DNA of 63,038 nucleotides, counting the filler, from Octopus bimaculoides (taxonomy: Eukaryota), in the NCBI RefSeq assembly GCF_001194135.2. It is 8 parts of 8 records of this genome, joined end to end, with 100 filler letters (N's around TTAATTAATTAA, not from the genome) between each part and the next. Parts side by side here need not be neighbours in the genome. Positions count along the whole stretch, not along the records: positions 11,771 to 18,897 come from NC_068983.1; positions 18,998 to 32,908 come from NC_068997.1; 6 more parts are not named here. One strand, 5' to 3'. Position 1 is the first letter of the stretch; every line of letters begins with the position of its first letter. A model generated the notes under the pieces. The model was not told the origin of the DNA and searched no databases. It saw only the letters and a list, made by a program, of their open reading frames with translations. This document shows positions 13,067-23,784 of the stretch, in pieces. A program made the position numbers and the translations under genes.

Positions 13067-13831
13067 CACATATATATATATACATAGATATATATATACA
13101 TATATATATATANNNNNNNNNNNNNNNNNNNNNNNNNNNNNNNNNNNNNNNNNNNNNNNNNNNNNNNNNNNNNNNNNNNNNNNNNNNNNNNNNNNNNNNN
13201 NNNNNNNNNNNNNNNNNNNNNNNNNNNNNNNNNNNNNNNNNNNNNNNNNNNNNNNNNNNNNNNNNNNNNNNNNNNNNNNNNNNNNNNNNNNNNNNNNNNN
13301 NNNNNNNNNNNNNNNNNNNNNNNNNNNNNNNNNNNNNNNNNNNNNNNNNNNNNNNNNNNNNNNNNNNNNNNNNNNNNNNNNNNNNNNNNNNNNNNNNNNN
13401 NNNNNNNNNNNNNNNNNNNNNNNNNNNNNNNNNNNNNNNNNNNNNNNNNNNNNNNNNNNNNNNNNNNNNNNNNNNNNNNNNNNNNNNNNNNNNNNNNNNG
13501 ACATATTTTTATAATTAAATCTAAGCTCTCCAAGTGGAAAGGAGGAATACAAAAAAAAAACAATGTAATTTCATTAAATCTCTATATCTTTGTGCAGCTG
13601 AAGATTGCTCTACATTTTATATTTGATGTAATGTTTACATTGCTCAATTAAATGGAGTCACATGAAACGATCGTACTGCATTACTTTTGGATATCCTTGT
13701 TGCTTATTTTGATTTTAATCACCTTATTTTGGAATTGTATGGATGATACTATACTAAATTCAGGTGCCTAAACTTAAGTACCATATTCACCTGAATCTAT
13801 AAATAAAAATGTATATATATATATATATATA

Positions 13832-14675
13832 CAGGGTGCAGTGAATAAACTGTTGTCTAAAGTACACAAAAATGAAAATAACACTAACATCTCATTTTAG
13901 CAAATATATTTACCAAAACTGCAGAAAAGTATCTTGAACTACTAAAGAGTAAATGTATTCAATAAAATCACCATTGGCTTCAACCACAGCCTCCAGATGA
14001 CTTGGTGAATGCTGCTATAATCCTTGCCTTCAGTTCATCTTTGGTATTACAAGGAGTTTTGCTGGTTTCTCGCTCAACTGCACCCTACACATAATAATCA
14101 AGGGGGTTGCAGTCTGGGGAGGTAGGTGGCCAGCTGTTAGGGGTGATGTGGTTGCAGAAGTTATCTGATAGCCATGACTGTGTTCTCCTGTTCGTGGCAT
14201 GTTTCAGAGTCCTGTTGCCCAACATAGGGTCTTCCAGTAGCCACCCTCTTGACACAGGGTAGCACTACCTCATAAAAGTGCTTGATGTAGGCTTTCAGGT
14301 TAAGTGTGAAGCCATGTGGGAAGATGAATGGAAGCATAACATCACCATCACTAGTGATCACTCCAAGCACCATGATGTTTGACTGGATGTTTGATTTTAA
14401 TTGCTCTCGGTACATGTACTCAATTTGCACTGTCTGCAGATTGACACCCAAACACTCTGAAATGTTTGTATTAGAGCTTTCAGTGCAAATGCCAAGCAGC
14501 ACAGCATGTCTTTACCAATCTTCTGGCAGAGTGAATAGTGTCATGGTACTGTTTGTCTCACAAATAGTGCTAAACTGACCTTATTATACTGTGTAGTCAA
14601 CAAAATTAAAAATAAACAATGCACATGCACGAAATGAAAAATATAAAATGGTGACAATTTACCCATCACACACTG
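13832..14675 (-). mobile_element. Internally deleted non-autonomous maT-like element (844 bp)
   Basis: TA|cagggtg..taaactgt and acaattta..cacactg|TA imperfect TIRs. Residual NIMVLGVITSDGDVMLPFIF..VLP.VKRVATGRPYV.QQDS; same family as 8298-8958. Confidence 0.75.
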
Positions 14676-14702
14676 TATCTGTGTGTGTGTGTTTGTGTGT
14701 GC

Positions 14703-14737
<35 letters not shown>

Positions 14738-14786
14738 AACATATAAATAAGTCCAAATAACTGTACATATCGTCCAAAGCAGGTTT

Positions 14787-15803
14787 ACATGTTGGCTGTC
14801 ATGAGGGGATTTAAAATTGACTTTCTTTGGAGCTATACATGCAAATATTTGTATGTGGATGTGTGAACCTGCTTTAGTCAGTATATAAAGTTATTTGGAC
14901 TTATATTTCCCCCATGTATTGTGTTGATGAAGGAAGAAGGCTTATTTTTTGCTTTAATCTAGAAATTGGAACCAATTCACAATTAATGTGAGGTCTTTTT
15001 AATCTTCTCTCACTAGCCTGCTTTCAGCCATGTGTATATTTAGCTGGAGATTTTAGTAGTTTTTTGAAGGTATCGGCACTTGAAGCATGCTGGAGACAGG
15101 TCATTTTCGCCCTTGCTCCTTAATCTAATTATATACATATGTACATTATTATTGATTTTATGTATAAATTACCTATAACTTTTTATAGCATGCTGACAAC
15201 ATGATAAAAATCATTAATGTGATTTTTAACCTTATATTCTATTATGAATCAATAAATAAATTAAAATAAAATAATTAAATTATTTTTACTCCTGACCAGA
15301 ATAGCATTTACTGCTTGTCTATCCTAATAATATACACGTTGGCTGTTGTGAGAGGATTTAAAACTGACTTTCCCTGGATCTATATGTGCAAATATTTGTA
15401 TCTAGACATGTGAACCTACTTCGGACGGTATGTACAGTTATTTGGACTTAAATTTCCCCCGTGTATTGTGTTGACAAAGGAAGAAAGCTTATTTTTTGCT
15501 TTAATCTAGAAATTGGAACTAATTCAGAATTAATGTAAGATGTTTTTAATTTTCTCTCTCTAGCCCCATTGCAGCCATGTGTATATTTATCTGGAGATTT
15601 TGGTAGTTTTTTTTAAAGGTATTGGCACTTCAAGCATGATGAAGATAGGTCGTTTTTGCCCTTGCTCCCTTAACCTAATGATATACATATGTACATTATT
15701 ATCAATTTAATGTATAAACTGCATATAAATTTTTATAGCATGCTGACTACATGATAAAAATCATTAATGTGATTTTCAGCCATATATTCTTTTATGAATT
15801 AAT
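14787..15803 (+). repeat. Diverged tandem duplication, unit about 545 bp (14787-15255 and 15335-15803)
   Basis: Collinear similarity along the whole unit, e.g. gcttattttttgctttaatctagaaattggaac in both copies. Confidence 0.85.
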
Positions 15804-15873
15804 ATATATGTATATATATCTATATCTATCTCTCTCACTCTCTCTCTCTCTATATATATATATATACACACAG

Positions 15874-15921
<48 letters not shown>

Positions 15922-16159
15922 TATATACATATATTTATATATATATACATATATACACAGATATATTTAGATATCTATCCAAGGGTTATTGTAATTATTA
16001 CGATATATACACACATATATAAACATACCCCCCACACAAACACATGCACACACACACACACATACACGCACACATATATATATATATACTTACACACAGA
16101 TTTACAAATATAGACATACATACATAGAGTAACACATACATGCATATATATATCAATAT

Positions 16160-16960
16160 CACCATCATCATCATCATCATCAAGATCCCTCGACTGATGC
16201 AGCCCGTCATTGGGGGTGCAACTGTAGATGCTTTTGTAGTCAACCATCACCACTGAACTCTGTTCTCTGTCATGGATAGCAGCTTCACTGTGTTGGGACC
16301 TGTAAAGACCTTGATGTCAAAGCAACATTATCTCTGTGTGCCCTAAAGAATGGTTTTGCATAGGGAGTTGTGGGAAGATACATGACCATACCAGGCAAGC
16401 TTTTGTTTTTTACCTGCACAAGGAATGATTCTTGTCTGCCAGCATATCTGTTTGTTTTGTTGCTGGACAATTTTGTGCTCCGTGTACGCAATGTGTAGCA
16501 GCCTTCTGAAGTACATGTGATCAAATGCCTTGATTCTTTGCTCCATGTCAGTTGTAAGAGACCAGCTTTCATACCCATTCAGAAGGATCAAAGTCACCAG
16601 GGGCTCGTATACTCTGAGTCTTGTGGTAAACTAATGGAATTGCTTTTCTATGGGGTGTTCAGCTTTGTCATGGCAGTAGAAGCTAAACTGAGTCTTGTTG
16701 TTATCTCCTTTTGAGATTTGTCATCTTCAGTTAGAGTTGATCCTCAATACTTGAAGTGGTTCACTTCCAGTTTCTCACCGCTTAGCATGATGTTGGTTGC
16801 TATGTTTTTGTTTTTACTATTAACCAGGATCTTGCTCTTTTCTGTGCTGGTTTCCATCTCATATGCCTCTGATACTTTTTCTAATCTGATGGCGAGCTCC
16901 TTTTATTCTGCTTCACTGCTTCCTAACAGGTCAATATCATTAGCCTATACCATGTGGAAC
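16160..16960 (-). mobile_element. Decayed RTE-BovB-like LINE 3' portion with (GAT)n tail
   Basis: ANDIDLLGS..RLEKVS..YEMETSTEKSKILVN..KY*GS and ILLNGYESWSLT..RIKAF..RRLL..KLAWYGHVS; multiple stops and frameshifts. Confidence 0.75.
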
Positions 16961-16964
16961 TCCT

Positions 16965-17390
16965 CCCTATGCATCAAGTAGGGCCATTTAGTTGAAGAAA
17001 GTAGAATCCTGTCTGTTTCCTGCTTAACTTAGATATAAGTTAACTTTAATACCCTTACCTTCCAAATTTTGCTTCAATGACTGGAATTTCTTTGCTAATT
17101 TTGTTACACATTCTGCTACGAGAACGTGCTCATCAGAATATATTAATTGCCAAAGACAGCTGGTCTTAGTTTCTTCTGTTTATCCTTAAGGACAAAAATG
17201 AATAGGGAGCAATTGAAAACCAAGCTCAGTTAAACTTCTACTGGTATACTAGATTCACCAGTCTACTCATGACTAACTCTCACTTACTGACAGCATCCCC
17301 ATAAATGGTTTGTATGTGTGGCTTTCACAAATCATTCATCTATCTCTAGCTTCCTCAAAGACCACCAGCTCACAGAGCAAAAGACAGTAT
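16965..17390 (-). mobile_element. Decayed RTE RT fragment
   Basis: Minus-strand WQLIYSDEHVLVAE..KLAKKFQSLKQNLEGKGIKVN...TKWP resembles the YADD/KWPC region of RTE RT. Confidence 0.55.
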
Positions 17391-17419
17391 AATTATATAT
17401 AAGTGCATGTATATATATC

Positions 17420-18212
17420 ATCATCATCATCATCGTTTAACGTCCGCTTTCCATGCTAGCATGGGTTGGACGATTTGACTGAGGACTGGTGAAACCGAAT
17501 GGCAACACCAGGCTCCAATCTAAATTTGGCAGAGTTTGTACAGCTGGATGCCCTTCCTAACGCCAACCACTCAGAGAGTGTAGTAGGTGCTTTTACGTGT
17601 CACCTGCACAAAGGCCAGTCAGGCGATACTGGCAATGGCCACGCTCGAAATGGTGTCTTTTATGTGCCACCCACACAAGCCAGTCCAGNNNNNNNNNNNN
17701 NNNNNNNNNNNNNNNNNNNNNNNNNNNNNNNNNNNNNNNNNNNNNNNNNNNNNNNNNNNNNNNNNNNNNNNNNNNNNNNNNNNNNNNNNNNNNNNNNNNN
17801 NNNNNNNNNNNNNNNNNNNNNNNNNNNNNNNNNNNNNNNNNNNNNNNNNNNNNNNNNNNNNNNNNNNNNNNNNNNNNNNNNNNNNNNNNNNNNNNNNNNN
17901 NNNNCAGGCCCAATGTACGAAGGTCTTGCCTCACCACCTCAGCCCAGGTCTTCCTGGGCCTACCTCTTCCACGGGTTCCCTCAACTGTTAGGGTGTGGCA
18001 CTTTTTCAGGCAGCTATCCTCATCCATTCTCACCACATGTCCATACCAGCGCAATCGTCTCTCTTGCACACCACAACTGATGCTTCTAATGTTCAGCTTT
18101 TCTCTCAAGATACTTACACTCTGACGGGTATTCACATTGACATTACACATCCAACGGAGCATACTGGCTTCATTCCTTGCGAGCTTACGCATGTCCTCAG
18201 CAGTTACAGCCC
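17420..18212 (-). mobile_element. 5'-truncated RTE-clade LINE, same family as 244-1492
   Basis: WAVTAEDMRKLARNEASMLRWMC..RRLRWYGHVVRM..GRGRPRKTW..DL, followed by the same 3' UTR and (GAT)n tail on the minus strand. Confidence 0.9.
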
Positions 18213-18654
18213 ATATATATATATATATATACACACACACATATATATATATATTTATATAAAGTATATATGTGTGTATGTGTGTGTATATGTATTTATA
18301 TAACTATATATACATGTACGAGATCTACGTGGAGTGGACATGTTTCCAAGAAACACTCTCACCTTCTGCTATCCAAGATCTCAGATCTATCTCAAGGCAA
18401 TAAATTCAAATGAGAGCAGCAAGAACAAATTTCCTCACCCAATGAAAGCTCTTCATAGGAATAGCCATTGAAAATGTGATGAAACTGGCAGAGCTCCAGC
18501 ATGGTTACAGCCTTTTGCCTAAAATACATAAAAGATATGGATATGCATCTTCAGCAAGAAAATAGTTCCTGTCCCACTATCGTATTCATAGATCCTTCAA
18601 TACTATACACCACTCAGATGAGGAGGTTTTGCATTGTCAGTACTTGGTGACCTC

Positions 18655-18845
18655 ACTTGTGCTGGTGCCACAAAAATAAAAACACCCAGTAGACTTTGCT
18701 TTGTAAAGTGGCTGGCATTAGGAGAAGCATCCAGCTGCAGAAACCATACCAAAGCAGATACTTGAGCTTGGTGTACCTATCTGGCTCGGTTCCAGGTGAA
18801 ATGTCCAACTCATGTCAGTATGGAAAAGGGGATGATAATTGATGA
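18655..18845 (+). mobile_element. Diverged RTE 3'-tail copy
   Basis: gctggtgccac..aaacaccca..tggcattaggagaagcatccagctg..gtccaac.catg.cagtatggaaaa. Confidence 0.55.
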
Positions 18846-18849
18846 AAAT

Positions 18850-18897
<48 letters not shown>

Positions 18898-19101
18898 NNN
18901 NNNNNNNNNNNNNNNNNNNNNNNNNNNNNNNNNNNNNNNNNTTAATTAATTAANNNNNNNNNNNNNNNNNNNNNNNNNNNNNNNNNNNNNNNNNNNNAAA
19001 CACATACAACGCCCGGTCTCGGAACTGAAACCGCGATCCTCCGACCGCGAGTCCGCTGCCCTAATCACTGGGCCATTGCGCCTCCAAATATACATATGTA
19101 C

Positions 19102-19155
<54 letters not shown>

Positions 19156-20663
19156 AATATTTATATATGTGTGCTTGCGTGTGTGTGTGTATACATATAT
19201 TTATAAATATTTGTGTATATATATGCATATACATGTATAGAAAGAAAAAGAGACACACAGAGAGAAGGGGAGAAGAGAGAGAAGTTGTCATGCATGATAC
19301 ATGGCTATTTCTGTCTTACAGCCGAGCAGTCGGCCGGTCATAAGCAGCTCAAAAATTCCAGTCAGGAAGAGAGAATAAAGCACATGCGTGTGTGTGTGTG
19401 TGTGTGTGTGTGCGTTCGCGCGCGTGCGCGTGTACGTGCGTGTNNNNNNNNNNNNNNNNNNNNNNNNNNNNNNNNNNNNNNNNNNNNNNNNNNNNNNNNN
19501 NNNNNNNNNNNNNNNNNNNNNNNNNNNNNNNNNNNNNNNNNNNNNNNNNNNNNNNNNNNNNNNNNNNNNNNNNNNNNNNNNNNNNNNNNNNNNNNNNNNN
19601 NNNNNNNNNNNNNNNNNNNNNNNNNNNNNNNNNNNNNNNNNNNNNNNNNNNNNNNNNNNNNNNNNNNNNNNNNNNNNNNNNNNNNNNNNNNNNNNNNNNN
19701 NNNNNNNNNNNNNNNNNNNNNNNNNNNNNNNNNNNNNNNNNNNNNNNNNNNNNNNNNNNNNNNNNNNNNNNNNNNNNNNNNNNNNNNNNNNNNNNNNNNN
19801 NNNNNNNNNNNNNNNNNNNNNNNNNNNNNNNNNNNNNNNNNNNNNNNNNNNNNNNNNNNNNNNNNNNNNNNNNNNNNNNNNNNNNNNNNNNNNNNNNNNN
19901 NNNNNNNNNNNNNNNNNNNNNNNNNNNNNNNNNNNNNNNNNNNNNNNNNNNNNNNNNNNNNNNNNNNNNNNNNNNNNNNNNNNNNNNNNNNNNNNNNNNN
20001 NNNNNNNNNNNNNNNNNNNNNNNNNNNNNNNNNNNNNNNNNNNNNNNNNNNNNNNNNNNNNNNNNNNNNNNNNNNNNNNNNNNNNNNNNNNNNNNNNNNN
20101 NNNNNNNNNNNNNNNNNNNNNNNNNNNNNNNNNNNNNNNNNNNNNNNNNNNNNNNNNNNNNNNNNNNNNNNNNNNNNNNNNNNNNNNNNNNNNNNNNNNN
20201 NNNNNNNNNNNNNNNNNNNNNNNNNNNNNNNNNNNNNNNNNNNNNNNNNNNNNNNNNNNNNNNNNNNNTGAGAGATAAGGTGTTCACAGTTTGTCTGAAG
20301 TAATGTCCCCTTGTTTTAAACGCTGCATCGAACTGGTTCTTAAATATTAATAGAAGCCGTCGCTTGGTTTAAATGTTATAATATTGAGGCGACAACCAGA
20401 GAAAATGAGTCGTGTTGAGAGAGGTTGTCTTTTGTATGTTTGTTTACGGTGCACTGCGTTGAAAAAATGTTTTAGTCGAAAGCATCAATCGCAATACAAT
20501 TTTTTTTTTTTAAGTCCGGTACTTATATCGGTCTCTTTGTCGAACCGTTAAGTTACGAGAAAGTGTGTGTGTGTGTGTGTGTGCGTTCGCGCGCGTGCGC
20601 GTGTACGTGCGTGTATGCATATATTTAAGTATATATGCATGCATATATGTATGTATGCATGTA

Positions 20664-20882
20664 CGAGGGAGCTGCTGAAAAATTCATGGCTTTAAGGGTA
20701 TCGCGAAAAGCCAGGCTGGAAGCCCAGCCTTCCAAGTTCTTTTATAGGGTTTTAAAAAACTGAAGGAATTTGCTGCAACAACTGTGTGAATCTGAGTGAG
20801 GAATATGTTGAATAAAATCGTAATTAATTGATCTTGTATTTTCTCTTATCCAAAGCCAGGAACTTTTCAGCACTTCCTCATG
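20664..20882. mobile_element. Mariner-derived MITE (MADE2-like)
   Basis: About 30-bp TIRs cgagggagctgctgaaaaattcatggcttt / aaagccaggaacttttcagcacttcctcatg after a TA. Internal remnant CNNCVNLSEEYVE* resembles the mariner transposase C-terminus. Confidence 0.7.
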
Positions 20883-21292
20883 TGTATATGTATGTATCTG
20901 TGCGCATCATCGTGTTTGTGTGCGTTTGTGAGGGGGGATACATATACATATATACACGCACACATAGACACAGTTAAAAAAAAAACACGAAAAGAGCACT
21001 CTGTGTCACGCTGAATCTCCTTGAGAACTACATTAAGGGTACGTGTGTCTGTGGAATGCTCAGCCACTTGCACGTTAATTTCACGAGCAGGCTGTCCCCG
21101 TTGATCGGATCAATTGGAACCCTCGTCGTCGTAATCGACAGAGTCCCATTCTCTTCTCAAATCTTGTAGCTCATGAAAACTGTTTCTACTAATTTGCATA
21201 CCATCAGTGTTAACTCTTTATTTGATATCAAGGGCCTACCAACGGGGATCTCGGTCCACACAGTATTAACGTATGATATACGTAAACCTTTC

Positions 21293-21690
21293 AGACGGCG
21301 AGCTGGCAGATTTGTTAGCACACCGGACGAAATGCTTAGCGGACGAAATGCATTAGTTCCAATGCAACCGAGGTCGACTTTACCTTTCATCCTTTTGGGG
21401 TCAATAACGTACCAGTTGAGCCCCTACCGCCGAATTTGCTGGTCTTGAGTAAAATTTGAAACTGATATTGGTGGGTACCGAGCTGGCAGAACCGTTAGCA
21501 CGCCGTGAAAAATGCTTTGCGGTATTTCGTCCGTCTTTATGTTCTGAGTTCAAATGCCGCCGAGGTCGACTTTGCCTTTCATCCTTTCAGGATCAATAAA
21601 ATAAGTACTAGTTGAGTACTGGGGGTCGATGTAATTGACAATCTCCCTCTCTCGAACTTGCTGGCCTTGTGCCAAAATTTGAACCCAATA
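21293..21690 (+). mobile_element. Two tandem tRNA-derived SINEs (family A)
   Basis: gagctggcaga..gttagcac..gaaatgctt..ccgaggtcgacttt.cctttcatcc at about 21300 and 21480. Confidence 0.75.
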
Positions 21691-21974
21691 TATGTAAACC
21701 TATGTATGGAAACGTATAAACATGGCAATTTTAACTGTCCACATAGATTGGAAAAAAAATTAAAGAGTCTTAATCAATTTTTTTACCCTCACTGGAGTCT
21801 CATCAGTGATGTCCACACAATTAGATCAATCCCAGAGAAATAAGCTACTAGTGCCTTTAAATAAACATTAGATCTAATAGCTTCAGTGACACTTTATCTT
21901 AATATAGGATGACTGTCAACAGAGAACCCAGTTCACATGGTATAAGGGTATGATATAATGTGCACACACACATT

Positions 21975-22150
21975 TTTTTCTCTCCTTGTTTCTTTCCGTG
22001 TTCCTTTCTGTAGAAGAGCGTAGGCTCGAAACGTTAAAGACTTTCTCAATTCCCGAGCATTATACTAATACATCTATTTGTTTTCAACACCACCTGTCTT
22101 CGTCTGTTGTTTTGTTTGTTTTTTTTGTTTTGTTTTTTTGTGAATTCTCC
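21975..22150 (+). mobile_element. Short dispersed repeat carrying the hammerhead-like motif (probable PLE pLTR or retrozyme fragment)
   Basis: About 130 bp similar to the reverse complement of 53225-53350 (gaagagcgtaggctcgaaacgt..aaagact..cccgagc..actaataca..cacctgtcttcgtc). Confidence 0.5.
22004..22039 (+). ncRNA. Minimal type-I hammerhead ribozyme-like motif (variant core)
   Basis: CUUU-CUGUAGA-A-GAGC(GUAG)GCUC-GAAAC-GUU-AAAG: 4-bp stem I, 4-bp stem II with tetraloop, palindromic ACGU stem III, NUH triplet. The core has U at position 6 instead of A. Confidence 0.5.
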
Positions 22151-23551
22151 CTATAACATAATATATGTAAACTTATGGTAGTAGACATAAAAACGTGTCA
22201 AAGTAACTGGTTTCTGATAGACACACGCATACAAATATGTAGTTCTACAGACACATAAACAATAACGTTTTCCCTAACTCTTGAGATTTCAGATTAATAA
22301 CAAGACAGAAATCTATAGACGTTCTTAAACTAAACGTTAAGAAGTGATAGGTTAAGTTAAGCTTTCTGCTTCTTCAGCAGCGATCACTACACATCAAATC
22401 TGGTTGGAGTCAGCTTCATCTTCTCCTCTTCCCGCAGTCGATAAAATAAGCCAAAATTTCATTTTGGCATTTTACCAAAGCAAGGAAATATTGCTGGGCC
22501 ATAAATAATTTAAACTGTATTGTAGTTCTTTGTGGTTTTACTATATGAAAATAATCTTGATTCTTTTTGGCTTGGCACAAGACCAATTTTAGTAGGAAAT
22601 GGAATATGTTCAACTGACTTGAAATATGGTAAGATAACTTAGATTTGTCATGAGCCCTAGGTTTCATAAATCCGGAGATTAACCCGATTTCCGTATCGCA
22701 TAAGTGTCTGAGATTACAACACTTTCTGCTCTCTGAACGGGACGTCGATCTGTTCATCGGGTTAACTTCCCAGCTATTGCTGGATCTTCTTTACAGCTGA
22801 GCGGACTGAGGTAACGTGGAATGAAGTGTTTTGTTCAAGAACACAATGTACTGCTCGGTCCAGATTTCGAAACCGTGATCTCACAATCGTGAGTGCGGCG
22901 CATGCTTTCATGTGATAAGATTACTAGTGTAAAATTTTACCCACACCACAATGGCGTAGCGTGGGGTACACAGGGTGAGCGACCGCAAAGTGAGGACAAC
23001 TGTAAAGGGCAACTGCACAGAGCGACCACAAAAGGCAACAGCAAACGACAACAACAAAGGGCGACCGCACAAGGGAGGCCACTCTGTATACGTAGGTTTG
23101 CTTCAGTCGAAGGTATGTTTCGTTTAAGTAAAGGGGCAGGCAATTTGGCGCCCGTACGGAGGTTGTAGGTGGGGAACCCACTCTATGCCTCAGTTGCACC
23201 AGTTGACTCTCAGCTCTCAGAAATAACATGGTGAAAGTTAACATTGAAATGTCATTTACTTCTTGTGTGTGTGTGCACACGCGCCACGCGCGCCTTTGTG
23301 CTTGTGCCTATCTCCCCGTAACTTAGCTGTTCGGTAAAACAGATCGATGGAATAATTAGCAGATTTTTAAAACAAAAAAACAAGGATCGATAAAGATTTT
23401 TAAAAAAGGATAAAGAGAATAAGTAGAGGAGGACATAAGGTTTCGAACAGAACTCATCAGAATGATAGAACTCTCTATATATTAGCAAACAAGAGGGACT
23501 CTACGTGGTCTGCTAGAAATAGCAACTAAATCTATTTCGAATGACTCTCTT

Positions 23552-23784
23552 CAATGGTTCTCAACCTCTTTTTTTTTTCTTTTGTTTATGGACCCCTGTT
23601 TTATCTCCTAGACCCTGATAAACCTTCGGCTTTTAAAAAAGTATCATTATATTTTTTTAATTAGATGTTAGGAATTGTATTTTTTAAAAATTCTTGAAAT
23701 ATTTTGTGTTTTGTAGAAGTATAACCATTTTATTGCAGATAAATATTTAGCAGCAAAATACTGGACCCCAGTGGAGAACCACTG
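23552..23784. mobile_element. hAT/Charlie-type MITE
   Basis: Termini caatggttctc / gagaaccactg. The 8-bp flanks (actctctt, acttagat) only partly match. Confidence 0.5.

Noticed and set aside
17476-17500. CUGAGGA-CUGGU-GAAAC on the antisense strand of the RTE tail as a hammerhead
   Set aside because: The five nucleotides between the core halves cannot form stem II, and no stem I or III was found.
22416-22757. 113-aa minus-strand ORF ending KRRR* as the missing CHS QRRRW exon
   Set aside because: No EDRW or CPE context, and no CHS similarity in any frame.
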